A stretch of DNA of 64,000 nucleotides from Chiloscyllium plagiosum (GCF_004010195.1 NC_057750.1:18304362-18368361), one strand, 5' to 3'. Counted from the first letter of the stretch, positions 39,546-52,442 are shown. Numbers and translations: made by a program. Notes: a model not told the origin generated them from the letters alone.

Positions 39546-39641
39546 TGATTTAGAGATGCCGGTGTTGGACTGGGGTGTACAAAGTTAAAAATCACACAAC
39601 ACCAAGTTATAGTCCAACAGGTTTGTGTGATTTTTAACTCC
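39546..39641. mobile_element. Short PLE family-2 terminal insertion with small inverted arm
   Basis: TSD GTTTAAAGTTT at 39535-39545 and 39642-39652; AGTTAAAAATCACACAA / TTGTGTGATTTTTAACT inverted. Confidence 0.75.
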
Positions 39642-41203
39642 GTTTAAAGTTTAATTCTACCTTAGCAGGTATTAAAGGTTGTACAAAAATGTGTTTTTTA
39701 GAGAGTGATGCAAGAGTCAGAACTAAACAAACCAAGGGAACATGTATGAGTTGTGACTGAGACTGAGTCGCTGTTCAATTGTTCAATGTCAAACCTTATC
39801 ACATGCACATAGAATGTAAATAAAATAACAAGAATACAGACAGTTGTTGAAGTTGGACGGTATTCAGCCCAGTTTGACTAAGTTTCCCATGACGAGAGAA
39901 ACAATCCCTACAGATGATCTTTGGCCTCAGACTTTCTCTTAAGAGTGGCCCACTTAATTTGGACAGGTCAGTCCGTCCTATGTGGAATGACACCCCTACT
40001 CTCTTCCAAACTTATTCAATGCTCCGCCCCCAGCCCCCTTATCTTCACCTCCTCAGCTACAACACAAGTTCATGTCAAGAGCAAACGATAAAAGCAAAGA
40101 GGCAGTAGAAGCTTTTGACCATCCAGCCAAGCATTTGTAGGAGGCCTGTAGGAGGATGGAGATAGGAGCCATGTACAGGCTGCCCATGTCCAGCGGGACC
40201 TTTGTAAATCTATTGACTTTCCCCCCCACCCCATCATAGGCGTCTCCACTAATGGTTGCAGGCGGCAGGCGAAATCGCTTGAAGGTGAGTCACATGGCAT
40301 CACATGGGGAATTTATGTGGCTTGTTGGTGTGATAGCTGCTAAGGATTTGGAAAGGGCAAAACTGAATTACAGCCAGATCTGGACTGGTGTATTTACCCA
40401 AGTACTGTTACTATGGAAACAAGCTGAACAAATTAGAGAAGCGTCTCAAATTGACTTTTGACTCATTTTAATGAACTGGTGCAGACACGGTGGGCTTAAT
40501 GACCTCCTTCCATACTGTAAAACTTCTATTATTCTGTGACTTGATTGTAGTGGCATTGGCTACAGAACAGGCTGATAAGCTTGAACTCAGTTAGTCAGCA
40601 ACTTAGAATATTTATAGGAAAGAAATATTCAGCCCATTGTGTCTTTGCTGGTCGGTTCCAAGGCTAATCCCACTTTCCAGCACTGGGTCCATAACCCTAT
40701 AGGTTACACAAAATGCCAAGTGTAAATCCAAACACTTTTTCTTAATTTTGATGAGAGTTTTTGCCTCTATCACACTTTCCGGCAGTGAACACTCTCTTGG
40801 TGAATACAGCACTCCTCTAATCTATTTTCAAATCAACCTGTTCGAAGATGTTCTGACACACTTCTGGAACAGGTGAGACTTGAACCCAGGCCTCTGGCTC
40901 AGTTGTAGGACACTACCACTGCACCACAAGAGACCTTAAATCCAATAATCTAAACTAGCTTTGTTAACTCAATGCCTCTTGCCTACTGACGTTTCAGCAC
41001 TGACGTCAGTGCTGAGTTTAACCTCAAAGCCTGGGTGTTCAACTGATATTTTCATCCTTTTTTTCTCACTCATCCTGGCTGGGACTGGCTGAATTGCTCA
41101 GTCCTGTGGAACCCTATTTAACTCTGACTTCTTGCTCTGGTGCATGACCTGTCTTTGATTTTTGTTTGAATCTGATCACTTTTGTCATGTTTCATTCATT
41201 CAG

Positions 41204-41239
41204 TCTTGGAACAAGAAGGGGCTTTTGTGCTGGACCGAA
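41204..41239 (+). CDS. Possible additional or alternative linker micro-exon (SWNKKGLLCWTE); not counted in the 10-exon model
   Basis: Pyrimidine-rich acceptor ...TTTCATTCATTCAG, donor GAA|GTAAGG, 36 nt, phase 0-0. No homology support. Confidence 0.3.
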
Positions 41240-42165
41240 GTAAGGCCCGGAATCATTTTGTAGTGTTGGTGCTCGCTGTGTAAACCATCACATTTTAAGA
41301 TGGACGGAGACATTGACTTTTTCATCAGGCAGCTGTGCTTATTACAAGCAATCTTTGTATCTACTTGTTGAATTGGGTGCAACTTCAATTTGCTCAAATG
41401 TTTGCAACACTGAACTCGATAATTAAAACTCGAAACCCAAATTATTATCTGATGCAATTATTTGCCACACCTCCGACACAGGTACTGATGCAAAAGTTAT
41501 GTCTTATTGCATGTCTGATCAGATCCACATCACTGCAAAAACAAATGAATCCCATGAGAAATCTGAAAAAGTGCATAAGACATCGCCTCCCTTCACCAGT
41601 GACAGTTACTGTGATGCATTATTTACCATCTACAGGATGAATTACAACTCACTTTAATGCCACTGGACACAAATCCTGGAACTCCCTCCCGAACAGAATA
41701 TTGGGCACACCCTGAGGACTGAAGGGGCAGCTCACTACAATCTTCTTGAAGGCAGTTAGGGATAAGTAATAAATCCTGGCCTAGGCAATGACACCAATAT
41801 CACGTGAATTAATGCACAAGAACTGTGCCAGTGACAGATCTGATAGGTTGTGCTTGTTTAAAAAATGCATTCAGGGATTGAAGGTGTCACTGTCTGGACC
41901 AGCATTATGACCAATCCCTAGTTGTCCTGGAAAAAGTGGTAGTGAGCTGCTTTCTTGAACTGCTGCAGTCCACATGCTGAAGGTAGACCAACCATGCCGT
42001 TAGAGAGGGAGTTCCACAACTTTGACCCATTGACATTGAAGGAATGGTGATATAGTTCCGAATCAGGATGGTGAGTGGCTTGCAAGGGGTGGTGTTCCCA
42101 TCTGCAAATTCATCCGTACGATCAGTGAAAAAAATCAAATCCTAACCTCATTTCTTGTTTTTCAG

Positions 42166-42198
42166 AAATCACCTACTCAAGTGACTGTAAATAATCCA
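42166..42198 (+). CDS. lgals9: Galectin-9-like linker exon 7 (KSPTQVTVNNP)
   Basis: Branch-like CCTAAC, acceptor TTTCTTGTTTTTCAG, donor CCA|GTGAGT, 33 nt, phase 0-0. NP followed by PVPY mirrors the exon 1/2 junction. Confidence 0.85.
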
Positions 42199-42778
42199 GT
42201 GAGTATTTAGTTAAGTTTTTCTGGGCTTTCTTTTATGTAGGATTGATACTGAATTAAAGTCGGATCATCTATGAATTCCTGCTGAAGGTTAATAACATAT
42301 TTAAGTAGAAAAAGAAAAGGAAAGAGAAAGAGGTGGAAGTTATTGTTAGGAATATTGTATAACTTTAATTTTTATTTTGTACATTTATCTGTTAGAGGAG
42401 ACATGGTTTTAGTTTCATTTTAAACTTGCTTTTGTAGGCTTTGGACATGCACTTAGAGGTCTGTTTGCTTTTTCTTCTTGTATCTCAATCTCTCCCTTCC
42501 TCACTGCCTCTCTCTCCTTGCTCCTGTCATACCATCTCACGCTCTCCTGTGTCTCTGGACATACATTGCCTAACCCATGGGTGCATACTTGATCCTCCCA
42601 CCTCACTCTCCACTACTCACATAATGAGTACTGATGAAGAGTCACCAGATTCAAAATGTTAACTCTGCTTTCTTCCTACAAGTGTTGTCAGACCAGCTGA
42701 GTTTCTCCAGCAATTACAGATCTCCAGCATCCGTAGTTCTTTAGTTTTATTTACTCCACTGCTGATCATCTGTCTTCT

Positions 42779-44476
42779 CATAGTCATAGAAACAGACCCT
42801 TCGTTCCAACTTGCCAACCAAATATCCCAACCTAATCCAGTCCCATTTGCTAGCACTTGGCCCATATTCCTCTAAACCCTTCTTATTCATATACCCATCC
42901 AGATGCCTTCTAAATGCTGTAATTGTACCAGCCTCCACCATTTCCACTGGCAGCTCATTCCATACCCGTACCACCCTCTGCATGAAAAGGTTGCCCCTTA
43001 GGTCCCCTTCATATCTTTCCCCTCTCACCCTAAACCTATGCCCTCTAGTTCTGGACTCCCCCACCCAAGGGAAAATACCCTGTCTATTTATCCTATCCAT
43101 TCCCCTCAGGATTTTATAAACCTCTATCAGGTCACCCCTCAGCCTCCGACGCTCCAGGGAAAACAGCTCCAGCCTATTCAGCCTCTCCCTTTGCTCAAAT
43201 CCTCCAACCCTGGCAACATCCTTGTAAATCTTTTCTGAACCCTTTCAAGTGTCACAACATCTTTCCGATAGGAAGGAGACCAGAATTGCATGCAATATTC
43301 CAACAGTGGCCTAACCAATGTCCTTACAGCCGCAACATGACCTCCCAACTCCTATAATCAATACTCTGACCAAAAACGGAAAGCATACCAAACACCTTCT
43401 TCACTATCCTATCTACCTGCAATTCTACTTTCAAAGAAGTATGAATCTGCACTCCAAGGTCTCTTTGTCAGCAACACTCCCTATGACCTTACTATTAATG
43501 TGTAAGTCCTGCTCTGATTTGCTTTTCCAAAATACACCACCTCACATTTATCTAAATTAAACTCCATCTGCCACTCCTCAGCCCATTGGCCCATCTGATC
43601 AAGGTCCTATTGCACCTTCTTCGCTGTCCACTACACCTCCAATTTTGGTGTAATCTGCAAACTTGCTAACTATACCGTATATGTTCACATTTTTATAAAT
43701 GATGAGAAGCAATGGACCCAGCGCCGATCCTTGTGGCACACCACTGGTCACAGGCCTCCAGTCTGAAAAGCAACCCTCTACCACACCCTGTCTTCTACCT
43801 TTGAGCCAGTTCTGAATCCAAATGGCTAGTTCTCCCAGTATTCCATGAGATTTAATCTTGCCAACTAGTCTCCCTTAAGGAACCTTTTCGAATGCCTTAT
43901 TGAAGTTCACATAGATCACATCTACTGCTCTGCCCTCATCAATCCTCTTTGTTACTTCTTCAAAAAACTCAATGTAGTTTGTGAGATTTTATTTCCCACT
44001 AAGCCATGTTGACTATTCCTAATCAGTCCTTGCCTTTCCAAATACACGGAAATGCTGCCCTCAGGATTCCCTCCAACAACTTGCCCACCACTGATGTCAG
44101 GCTCACTGTTCTCTTGTTCCCTATCTTTTCCTTACCACTTTCTTAAACAGTGGCACCACTTTAGCCAACCTCCAGTCCTCCGGCACCTCACCTGTGACTA
44201 TTGATGATACAAGTATCACAGCAAGGGACCCAGCAATCACTTCCCTATCTTCCCACAGAGTTCTAGATTATACCTGATCAGGTCCTGTGGATTCATCCAC
44301 TTCTATCTGTTTCAAGACATCCAGCACCTCCTCCTCTGTAATATGGACATTTTCCAAGATGTCACCATCTATTTCCCTACATTCTACATCTACCATGTCC
44401 TTCTCCACAGTAACACTGATGCAAAATACTCATTTAGTATTTCCTCCATCTCCTGTAGCTCCATGTAGAGGCTGTC
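42779..44476 (-). mobile_element. CR1-type LINE ORF2 (RT) 3' portion, ~1.7 kb, decayed
   Basis: Minus frames SDWRPVTSGVPQGSALGPLL..SKFADYTK and SRTRGHRFRVRG..VWNELP. Confidence 0.9.
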
Positions 44477-45109
44477 TTGCTAATCTTTTCTCCTCCCCCC
44501 CCCCATTTTTTCTCTCCCAATCTCTTCCCACTCCCATCTCTCTCTCCATCCTTCATTATCACCCTCCCCCCACCTACTCTTTTTCTCCCACAGCTTTCTG
44601 TACCAAATCTCAACCCCTTTCTCTCACCTCTACTTCATTCCATTCTTTTCTACCTCATCTGTCTGTTCTTCCCTTCTTGTCTGTATCCCCACAACCACCT
44701 CACTCTCCAATGCAACTGTCCCTCTCTTGGCCTTTGGCTCTTCCTTCCCTGCCCCCCACACCCTCACTCTCTGCCACTTGACCTGCTTTGTTGTAATCCA
44801 CTTGCTGTCCATGACCTGTCCCCACTTCCTGTGGTGGTTAGACTCCCTTCTCCGCAAGGCGTCTGGCGACATTTTCAGGTGTCAAAGGATCCTGCACCAG
44901 CACAAGTTAAAGAGAGTAGTTGTACAAATTTCGATTCAAACTTCCTGGAATCCAGTGTCTGGGAATGTCCAGGTCCCAATTTTGCCACTGTTGCTTTCAG
45001 AATACAGTTCCCCTGGCACACTCCGATGGTTGAGAAACAAAGCTAGATTCCTCTGGAGGTGAGAGACCTGGAATCACCTCCTCCTGATGGACTGCCATTT
45101 TTTTTTCAG

Positions 45110-45195
45110 CCGGTTCCATACCAGGCATACATAGGAGGTATCAAGCCGCAGCAGAAGATAAAGATTATTGGGACTGTGAACGTCAAACCTTACAG
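45110..45195 (+). CDS. lgals9: Galectin-9-like exon 8, C-CRD start (PVPYQAYIGGIKPQQKIKIIGTVNVKPY-R)
   Basis: Acceptor poly-T CAG, donor AG|GTGTGG, 86 nt, ends phase 2. Paralogous to exon 2. Confidence 0.9.
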
Positions 45196-45451
45196 GTGTG
45201 GAAATTGAATAGAAGACTGTGTTTAAAGACATAGCGTTTAATGTTCTTTACAAATTGTTTGAAATTATTTGAACCCTATTGTTGGACAAGCCAGTCTGCG
45301 CAACACCTCAATTTCACAATTGTCAGTCTTGTGTTCATTTCCAACCGTGGTCTCATCCTGTTGAATCTTCATAAATATCACCACCCTCAGATTCTCGAGT
45401 GTTTGTGCTTTTCCTAATTCTGACCTCTTACACACCCTTACTTCTCTTTAA

Positions 45452-45750
45452 TAGTGTTGTGGTGATGTCACTGCACTAGTAATCCAGGACCCCAGACTAA
45501 TTTTCTGAGGATATGTACTTAAATTTTACCATAACAGGTGATGAAAATTGAATTCAATAAAAATCTGACATTAAAAAGCTGACCATGCAACTACTGTTGA
45601 TTGTCATAGCGAATGGGGAAGGAAATCTGCTATTCTTATTTGGTCTGGCCTATATGTGACTCAAGACCCACAGCAATGGAATTAACTCTTACTTGCCCTC
45701 TGAATAAGTTAGAATGGCCTAGCCAGTGATGTTTGCATTCCATGAATAAT
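45452..45750 (+). mobile_element. tRNA-derived SINE sharing its 3' tail with the LINE at 26960-29515
   Basis: GTGGTGATGTCACTGCACTAGTAATCCAG head, GGAAGGAAATCTGC...GACCCACAGCAATG body; related pieces at ~7020-7200, 7980-8280 and 9020-9215. Confidence 0.6.
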
Positions 45751-46377
45751 AATAATTCCAAAAATCAAAACAGGAGTTTCAAATCTTTTTCTGAATTGGA
45801 TCCCATTTCAAGGGTGGAAAATTGTCATGATCCCTCAGACCTGAGACAGTTCATGGAGGAGAGATGATGGGGTCTGACCATTTTGTTACTCAAGTCAAGG
45901 TCTTGAGTTTGGCTTTGATTTGGGTTATTCAGGCCAGGCCAGTCATTTTGAATAATCTCACAGTTGGTCACACAATCATCGTTCCATGGCAGCCATTGCT
46001 GCTGTCGACCAACGTTTTGGCACATGACTCTCACTTTGGAATGCTCTGCTTTACATGGTTTTGTTCCTGAATGAAGTTCTTCAGTGATGACATTGCTAAG
46101 TGCCCATTATGTAAGACCAGTGGATTTGTTTGTAATTTTGACACAATTTGAATTCAACGTTATCCCTTGTTTGATATCTGATCCAATACTCCCCAGATAC
46201 TTATAGAATTGTGTTTGTCTATTTTTATTACTTGAATGATTGCTCCATGTTTTTAACCTGTTTACTGGAATGTTTTTCATATAAGTGTGACTCTGCTGTT
46301 CAACCTTCAGGGAGTGAACATTTTCCTTGGTTTACCTATGGTAATTTTTGTTTCGAACAGAGGAGGCCCCAAGAACA

Positions 46378-46600
46378 AAGAAAATTTACAGCCCAGTAAC
46401 AGACCCTTCGGCCCTCCAAGCCTGTGCCGTCCAAATCCACTGTCTGAACCTATCGCCCAATTCCTAAAGATCTTTATCCCTCTGCTCCCCACCTACTCAT
46501 GCATCTGTCCAGACGCACCTTAAATGAATCTACCGTGCCTGCCTCTACTCCCTCTGTTGGTAACACGTTCCAGGCACCTACCACCCTCTGTGTAAAGTAT
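46378..46600 (-). mobile_element. CR1-type 3' end, inverted relative to 47867-48090
   Basis: Reverse complement closely matches 47867-48090. Confidence 0.85.
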
Positions 46601-46869
46601 AAAGATATGTAAAGTTATGCAAGGCCCAGCAAAGAGTGCCTAAGCAGCGCCTGCTCCATTTAACATAAATTGCAATAAACTGGAGTCAGTGATGTTGAGT
46701 AATTTTCTAAAGGAGTGGGAAGAGTTGAACATAACATTTTTACACCTTGGATGTGGTTGATTTCTTGAAAGAGTGATGGAGGTAGAAAAACACATCTTGT
46801 TTAAAGGGTGGGTGAATATTATTATCCCAGATTTCCTTTGCCTTACCATTGATGGCCGCTAAGTTCTGA

Positions 46870-47148
<279 letters not shown>

Positions 47149-47239
47149 TGATCAGACTTGCTGTGGATGAAATAAAAGCAAAGTATTGGAGAAACTTAGC
47201 AGGTCTGGCAAGATCTATGGACAGAAAGAGAGTTAATTA

Positions 47240-48095
47240 GAATATTGCGTTTAGAATACTGTGTACAGTTCTGGTCGCCACATTACCAAAAGGATGTGGA
47301 CGCTTTGGAGAGAGTGCAGAGAAGGTTTTTTTAGATTAGATTAGATTACTTACAGTGTGGAAACAGGCCCTTCAGCCCAACAAGTCCACACCGCCCCGCC
47401 GAAGCGCAACCCACCCATACATTTACCCCTTACCTAACACTACGGTCAATTTAGCATGGCCAATTCACCTTCCCTGCACATCTTTCTGACTGTGGGAGGA
47501 AACAGGAGCACCCGGAGGAAACCCACGCAGACACGGGGAGAACGTGCAAACTCCACACAGTCAGTCGCCTGAGGCTGGAATTGAACCCGGGTCTCTGGCG
47601 CTGTGAGGCAGCAGTGCTAGCCACTGTGCCACCGAGCCGCCCATGCGGCTGTTGCCTGGTGGAAGGTGCTAGCTATGAAGACAGGTTGAGTAGGGTAGGA
47701 TTATTTTCATTAGAAAAAAGGAGATTAAGGGTGGACCTGATTGAGGTCTACAAAATCATGAAGGATGGACAGAGATAAGCTTTTTCCCAGGGTGAGGGAT
47801 TCAATAATGAGAGGTCACACGTTCAAGGTGAGAGGTGAAAAGTTTAAGGGGGGATACATGCAGAAAATACTTTACACAGAGGGTGGTAGGTGCCTGGAAC
47901 ATGTTACCAACAGAGGTAGTAGAGGCAGGCACGGTAGATTCATTTAAGGTGTGTCTGGACAGATGCATGAGTAGGTGGGGAGCAGAGGGATATTGATCTT
48001 TAGGAATTGGACGATAGGTTTAGATAGTGGATTTGGATCGGCATAGGCGTAAAGGGCTGAAGGGCCTATTCCTAGGATGTAAATTTTCTTTTTTT
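47240..48095 (+). mobile_element. CR1-type LINE 3' fragment with nested V-SINE (47331-47643, minus strand)
   Basis: [57 protein letters not shown]. Confidence 0.88.
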
Positions 48096-48599
48096 TAATA
48101 TTTCTAACGATTCTTCTTCAGAACTGTTCTGAAGCACTGTCATCCTGACCGTGGAACATTCATTCTCGTTCTGTCTGCACAGAAGCTGTCACACCTGCTG
48201 GGTTTCTCCAATGTTTTGTTTTGATTTCGGTTTCCAGTTTTTATTTTCTGTGAATAAGGCTAGTTTTGGAATACTAACTGTGTGTCTGTTAACTTTGAGC
48301 TCAACACTAGAACAATAATGAATAGTTTTCTATTGAGGGAAAACATTCCTAATCCCTCTCTCAGTGCATTCTATTTCCACGTTGACCAAATGTGGTTTGG
48401 GATTTATACTGAAGTCAAGCACTCCACTTGACTGCAGCTTGAACATCTTGAGGCTGGGCAGCTGAGATTCCTTCCCCATCCCAGCCATTTCCCATCCTAG
48501 TCACCCGGGTGTGGGTCTTGCATCACTTTAGGCCAGCACAGATTGTAGTGTAAATCCAGTGTAAAGCTGTATCATAAATCAATCTGGGTGCGTTGCTGT

Positions 48600-49780
48600 G
48601 TTGCCTGGGCTTACAGGAGTTTTTTGAAGAGCTGACAGAAAGGGTTAATGAGGGCTCACTATGCTATACATGAATGTCCAAAACGCATTTGACTCTCAAC
48701 AGATTTTTGAGGAAAGTTCTGGATCACTATTTGAAAGGGACACCGGTAACATGGATTCAAAATTGGCTAGGAGATAGAAATTAAGAATAATGGTCAATGG
48801 ATATTTTTCAGGCTGAAGGAATGTTTGATGTGTAGTTCCCCAGGGGTCAATATTGGGACCCTTACTTTTCCTGATTTATATTAATGATCTGGATCTTGGT
48901 GTGCAGTGGACAATTTCTAAGATTTCAGATGACACTAGACTTGGAAGAACTGTGAGGAGGATAGTGTGGATTTCAAAAGGATGTTTACAAGTTAGAGGGG
49001 ATGGATAGGTGGTAGATTAGTTTTAGATTACTTACAGTGTGGAAACAGGCCCTTCGGCCCAACAAGTCCACACCGCCCCGCCGAAGCGCAACCCACCCAT
49101 ACCCCTACATTTACCCCTTACCTAACACTACGGGCAATTTAGTATGGCCAATTCACCTGACCTGCACATCTTTGAACTGTGGGAGGAAACCGGAGCACCC
49201 GGAGGAAACCCACGCAGACACGGGGAGAATGTGCAAACTCCACACAGTCAGTCGCCTGAGTCGGGAATTGAACCCGGGTCTCTGGCGCTGTGAGGCAGCA
49301 GTGCTAACCACTGTGCCACCGTGCCGCCCACTAATTTTGATTCAGAGATATGTGAGGTAATGCACTTTGGTCAGAAGAACACTGAAAGACAATATAAAAT
49401 AGGGAGTATAATTTTAAAGTGAGCTGGGTGTGTATGTGTACAGATCATTGAAGGTGACAGAACAAATAGAGAAAAAAGTTAACAAAATACACAGCATCCT
49501 TGGCTTTATTAATACAGTGCAAGAGCAAGGGGTTGAAGCTGAACTTGTACAAATGACTAGTTAGATCTCAGCTGGAATATTGTGTACGGATGTGGGCACA
49601 ATATTATAGGAAAGATGTGAATGTATTAGAGAGAATGCACAAGTGATTTGCTATGAATGGTTTCAAGTATAAGAAACTTCAGCTTTGAGGATGGACTGAA
49701 GAGGCTGGGACTGTTCCCTGGAAGGAAGAAAACTGAGAGAAGATCTGATTGAGGTTTTCAAAATCATGAATAGGCTGGAT
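48600..49780 (+). mobile_element. CR1-type RT fragment with nested young V-SINE (49013-49330, minus strand)
   Basis: [20 protein letters not shown] motif at ~48835-48895; full-length V-SINE inside. Confidence 0.8.
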
Positions 49781-50890
49781 TTGATTTGATTTATTATTGT
49801 CACATGCACCTAGGTACAGTGTGCAGTACAGGCATAGAATACCAAATAAAGTGCATTAGGATAATAGAACAGGGCGATGAATACAATGTTACAGCTGCAG
49901 AGAAGGTGCACAAAGAGTGAGATCAACATTTAAAATATGAGAGGTCCATTCAGAAGTCTAATAACAGCGGGGAAGAAGCTGTTCTTGAATGTGTTTGTAT
50001 GTGTGTTTAAGATTTTGAATGTCCGCCCGATAGAAGAGGTTGGAAAAGATTATAACGAGGGTAGGAGGAGTCTTTGAGTCCTGAGGCAGCGAGAACTATA
50101 GTTTTTGTCGATGGATGGGCAGGTTGGCTGACGTGATGGACTGGGCTGTGTTCACAACTCTCTGTAGTTTGATACAGTCCTGGCAGAGCAGTTGCCATAC
50201 CACCCTGTGATGCATCCAGATAGAATGCTTTCCCTGCTGCGTCTGTAAAAATTGGTAAGAATCTTTACAGGATTTCCTCAGCCTCCTGAGGAAGTAGAGG
50301 TGTTGTTGTGCTTTCTTGACTGTTGCATCAACGTGGATGGACCAGGACAGGTTGTTGGTGATCATCACTCCGAAGAACCTGAGACACTCTCGGCCATCTC
50401 TGCCTCAGCTCCATTGCTGTAGACAGGGGTAAGCCCTCCACCTTGTGACTTGAAGTCAATGACCAGTTCCTTCATTACGCTGATGTTGAGGGAGAGTTTG
50501 TTATCTTTACACTACACCTCTATCCTTTTTCTGTATTCTGTCATTGTTTGAGATCTGGCCTACAGTAGTAGGTAGTTTCGTCGGTAAACGTGGGGTTAAG
50601 ATGAAATTTGGTGACACAGTCATGAGTGTGTAGGGAGTATAGTAAGGGGCTGAGTATGCAGCCTTGCAGAGTGCTGGTGTTGAGGATTATTGTGGAGGTG
50701 TTGTTTCCTATTCTCACTGATTGTGGTGTGTGGGTCAGGAGTCACGGATCCAGTTGCAGATGGCAGAACAGAGACCTAAGTCCCAGAGTTTGGAGATTAA
50801 TTTGGGTGGAATTATATCGTTGAAACTGGAGCTGTAGTCAAAATGTAGGACCCTGACATGGGTATCCTTGTTATCCAGATGTTCCAGGGA
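49778..50890 (-). mobile_element. Rex1/Babar-like LINE 3' fragment
   Basis: Minus frame NLSWSIHVDATVKKAQQHLYFLRRLRK; (AAATC)n tail; second copy at 54198-54910. Confidence 0.65.
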
Positions 50891-50904
50891 TGAGTATAGG
50901 GATG

Positions 50905-51675
50905 GCAAGATGGAAAGAGTAGGTGGGGTGAAACAAGGGTGATGTCAGAATTGAAATGGGAGATGACTGGAAGGTTAGGCTGGCCCCAAACAGTCCTCCC
51001 AAGTACCACCGCCCTCACCTCCATCCAGGGTCCCAAACAGTCCATTTAGGTACCAACCTTCCTCACCTCCATCCAAAGCCCCAAACAGTTCTTCCAGGTG
51101 TAACAAAACCTGCATTGCCTCCACCATAGTTTATTGCTCCCAATGTGGTTTTCCCTACTTCGGTGAGACCAAACATAAACTAAGTGAACATTTGGGCCTG
51201 AAAGGGCTAGCCTGACCTCCTGGTCAATGCCCATTTCAATTCTTCCCACTCCCTCTCTGACATATCCATCCTTGGCCTTCTCCATTCCCACAGTGAATCA
51301 GATCACAAATTGGAGGAATACCTTATCTTCTCCTGGGCAGCCTGGAGCCCGGAGGACTCAACATTGAGTTCTCCAATTTCAAATAACCTTCCCACCCATT
51401 CCCTGACTCCCTTTCCAGCCCTACCAACCCTTCCTTCCAACAGGATTCATGCCTCCCATCAACCAACCACTACCCACTACCTGTGCTCACCTATCACTAT
51501 CTCACCATTTCACCTGTCTCCCTACCATAACTCTCTGACCCACCGCCTTTATCTGCAATTCGCCCTACTCCAACCTCCATTCCTGAAGAAGGGTTATACC
51601 CAAAATGTTGACTTCTCCACCTCCTGATGCTGCATGGCTTGCTGTGTTTTTCCAGCCTCCTGCTTGTCTACTCAG
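50905..51675 (+). mobile_element. Penelope-like 3' fragment with rearranged 5' junction
   Basis: LEEYLIF...PGGLNIEFSNF-like remnant; CTGAAGAAGGGTTATACCCAAAATGTTGAC at ~51583. Confidence 0.7.
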
Positions 51676-52295
51676 TAGGTTTGAACATGAGTATTCCTAA
51701 CCCCAACTCACACTTCCTGTTGAAAATGGCCTCCCACTGGGAGTCGGGATATGGTGATTTTGCTGTTAAATCCTACCGTCAAAGTAGATGCACTCAGAAT
51801 TGTAGGATCAGGTGGCACACATGGACAGTTTTGCACTTGGTCCACGGCCCAGCTATGGATAGGCTTTCTTTGGCTTTCAGTTGGACTTGGATGGCTGTTT
51901 TTGAGCAAGTATGGCTCTTGTCTGTACATTTTGATGGTTCAGGTGGATATTAAAAATCCTATAGCACAACTCTAATAGTGTGAGAGTTTTTCCAATGTTC
52001 TGGTGAACCAGGCACCACCAGTCAACAAATTGATATTGTTCTTGTTGCTAATTTTGGATGCTGCATTGAAAATGTGATGCTTTGAGTGACAACTCTTCTG
52101 TGAACATTCTTAGAGTCACAAAAAGTCTTTAGCATCACATTTTAAATGCAAGTATCCAAAATTACCAACAAGTGGTGCCTGGTAATCCAATGTAAACACC
52201 TATCCTTTGTTGCTCAGGACTTTGTATCTAATCAATCATAGAAGAGTATTTTAAATTTGGCAACTATTGATACATTTTTAATTATATCTTGTTAG

Positions 52296-52442
52296 ATGCA
52301 GATTATGATTCAACCAATCTGCTACAAGATCTTAGTCAATGGAAGACACCTCTTCAACTTCAACCATCGTGTGCAGCCTCTGAATCAGATCGATCAATTG
52401 GAGGTCACTGGTGATGTCAGTCTTTCCCTTGTGGAATACTAA
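52296..52442 (+). CDS. lgals9: Galectin-9-like terminal exon 10 (MQIMIQPICYKILVNGRHLFNFNHRVQPLNQIDQLEVTGDVSLSLVEY*)
   Basis: Acceptor ATCTTGTTAG, phase 0. VNG.HLF.F.HR and LEV.GDV motifs; TAA at 52440-52442. Confidence 0.94.
   Translation: MQIMIQPICYKILVNGRHLFNFNHRVQPLNQIDQLEVTGDVSLSLVEY

Noticed and set aside
42438..42458. Possible 21-nt exon (ALDMHLE)
   Set aside because: Weak donor (GTCTGT), and it would interrupt the NP-PVPY junction at the start of the C-CRD.
44477..45062. Overlapping long ORFs upstream of exon 8
   Set aside because: They arise from C/T-rich low-complexity intronic sequence.
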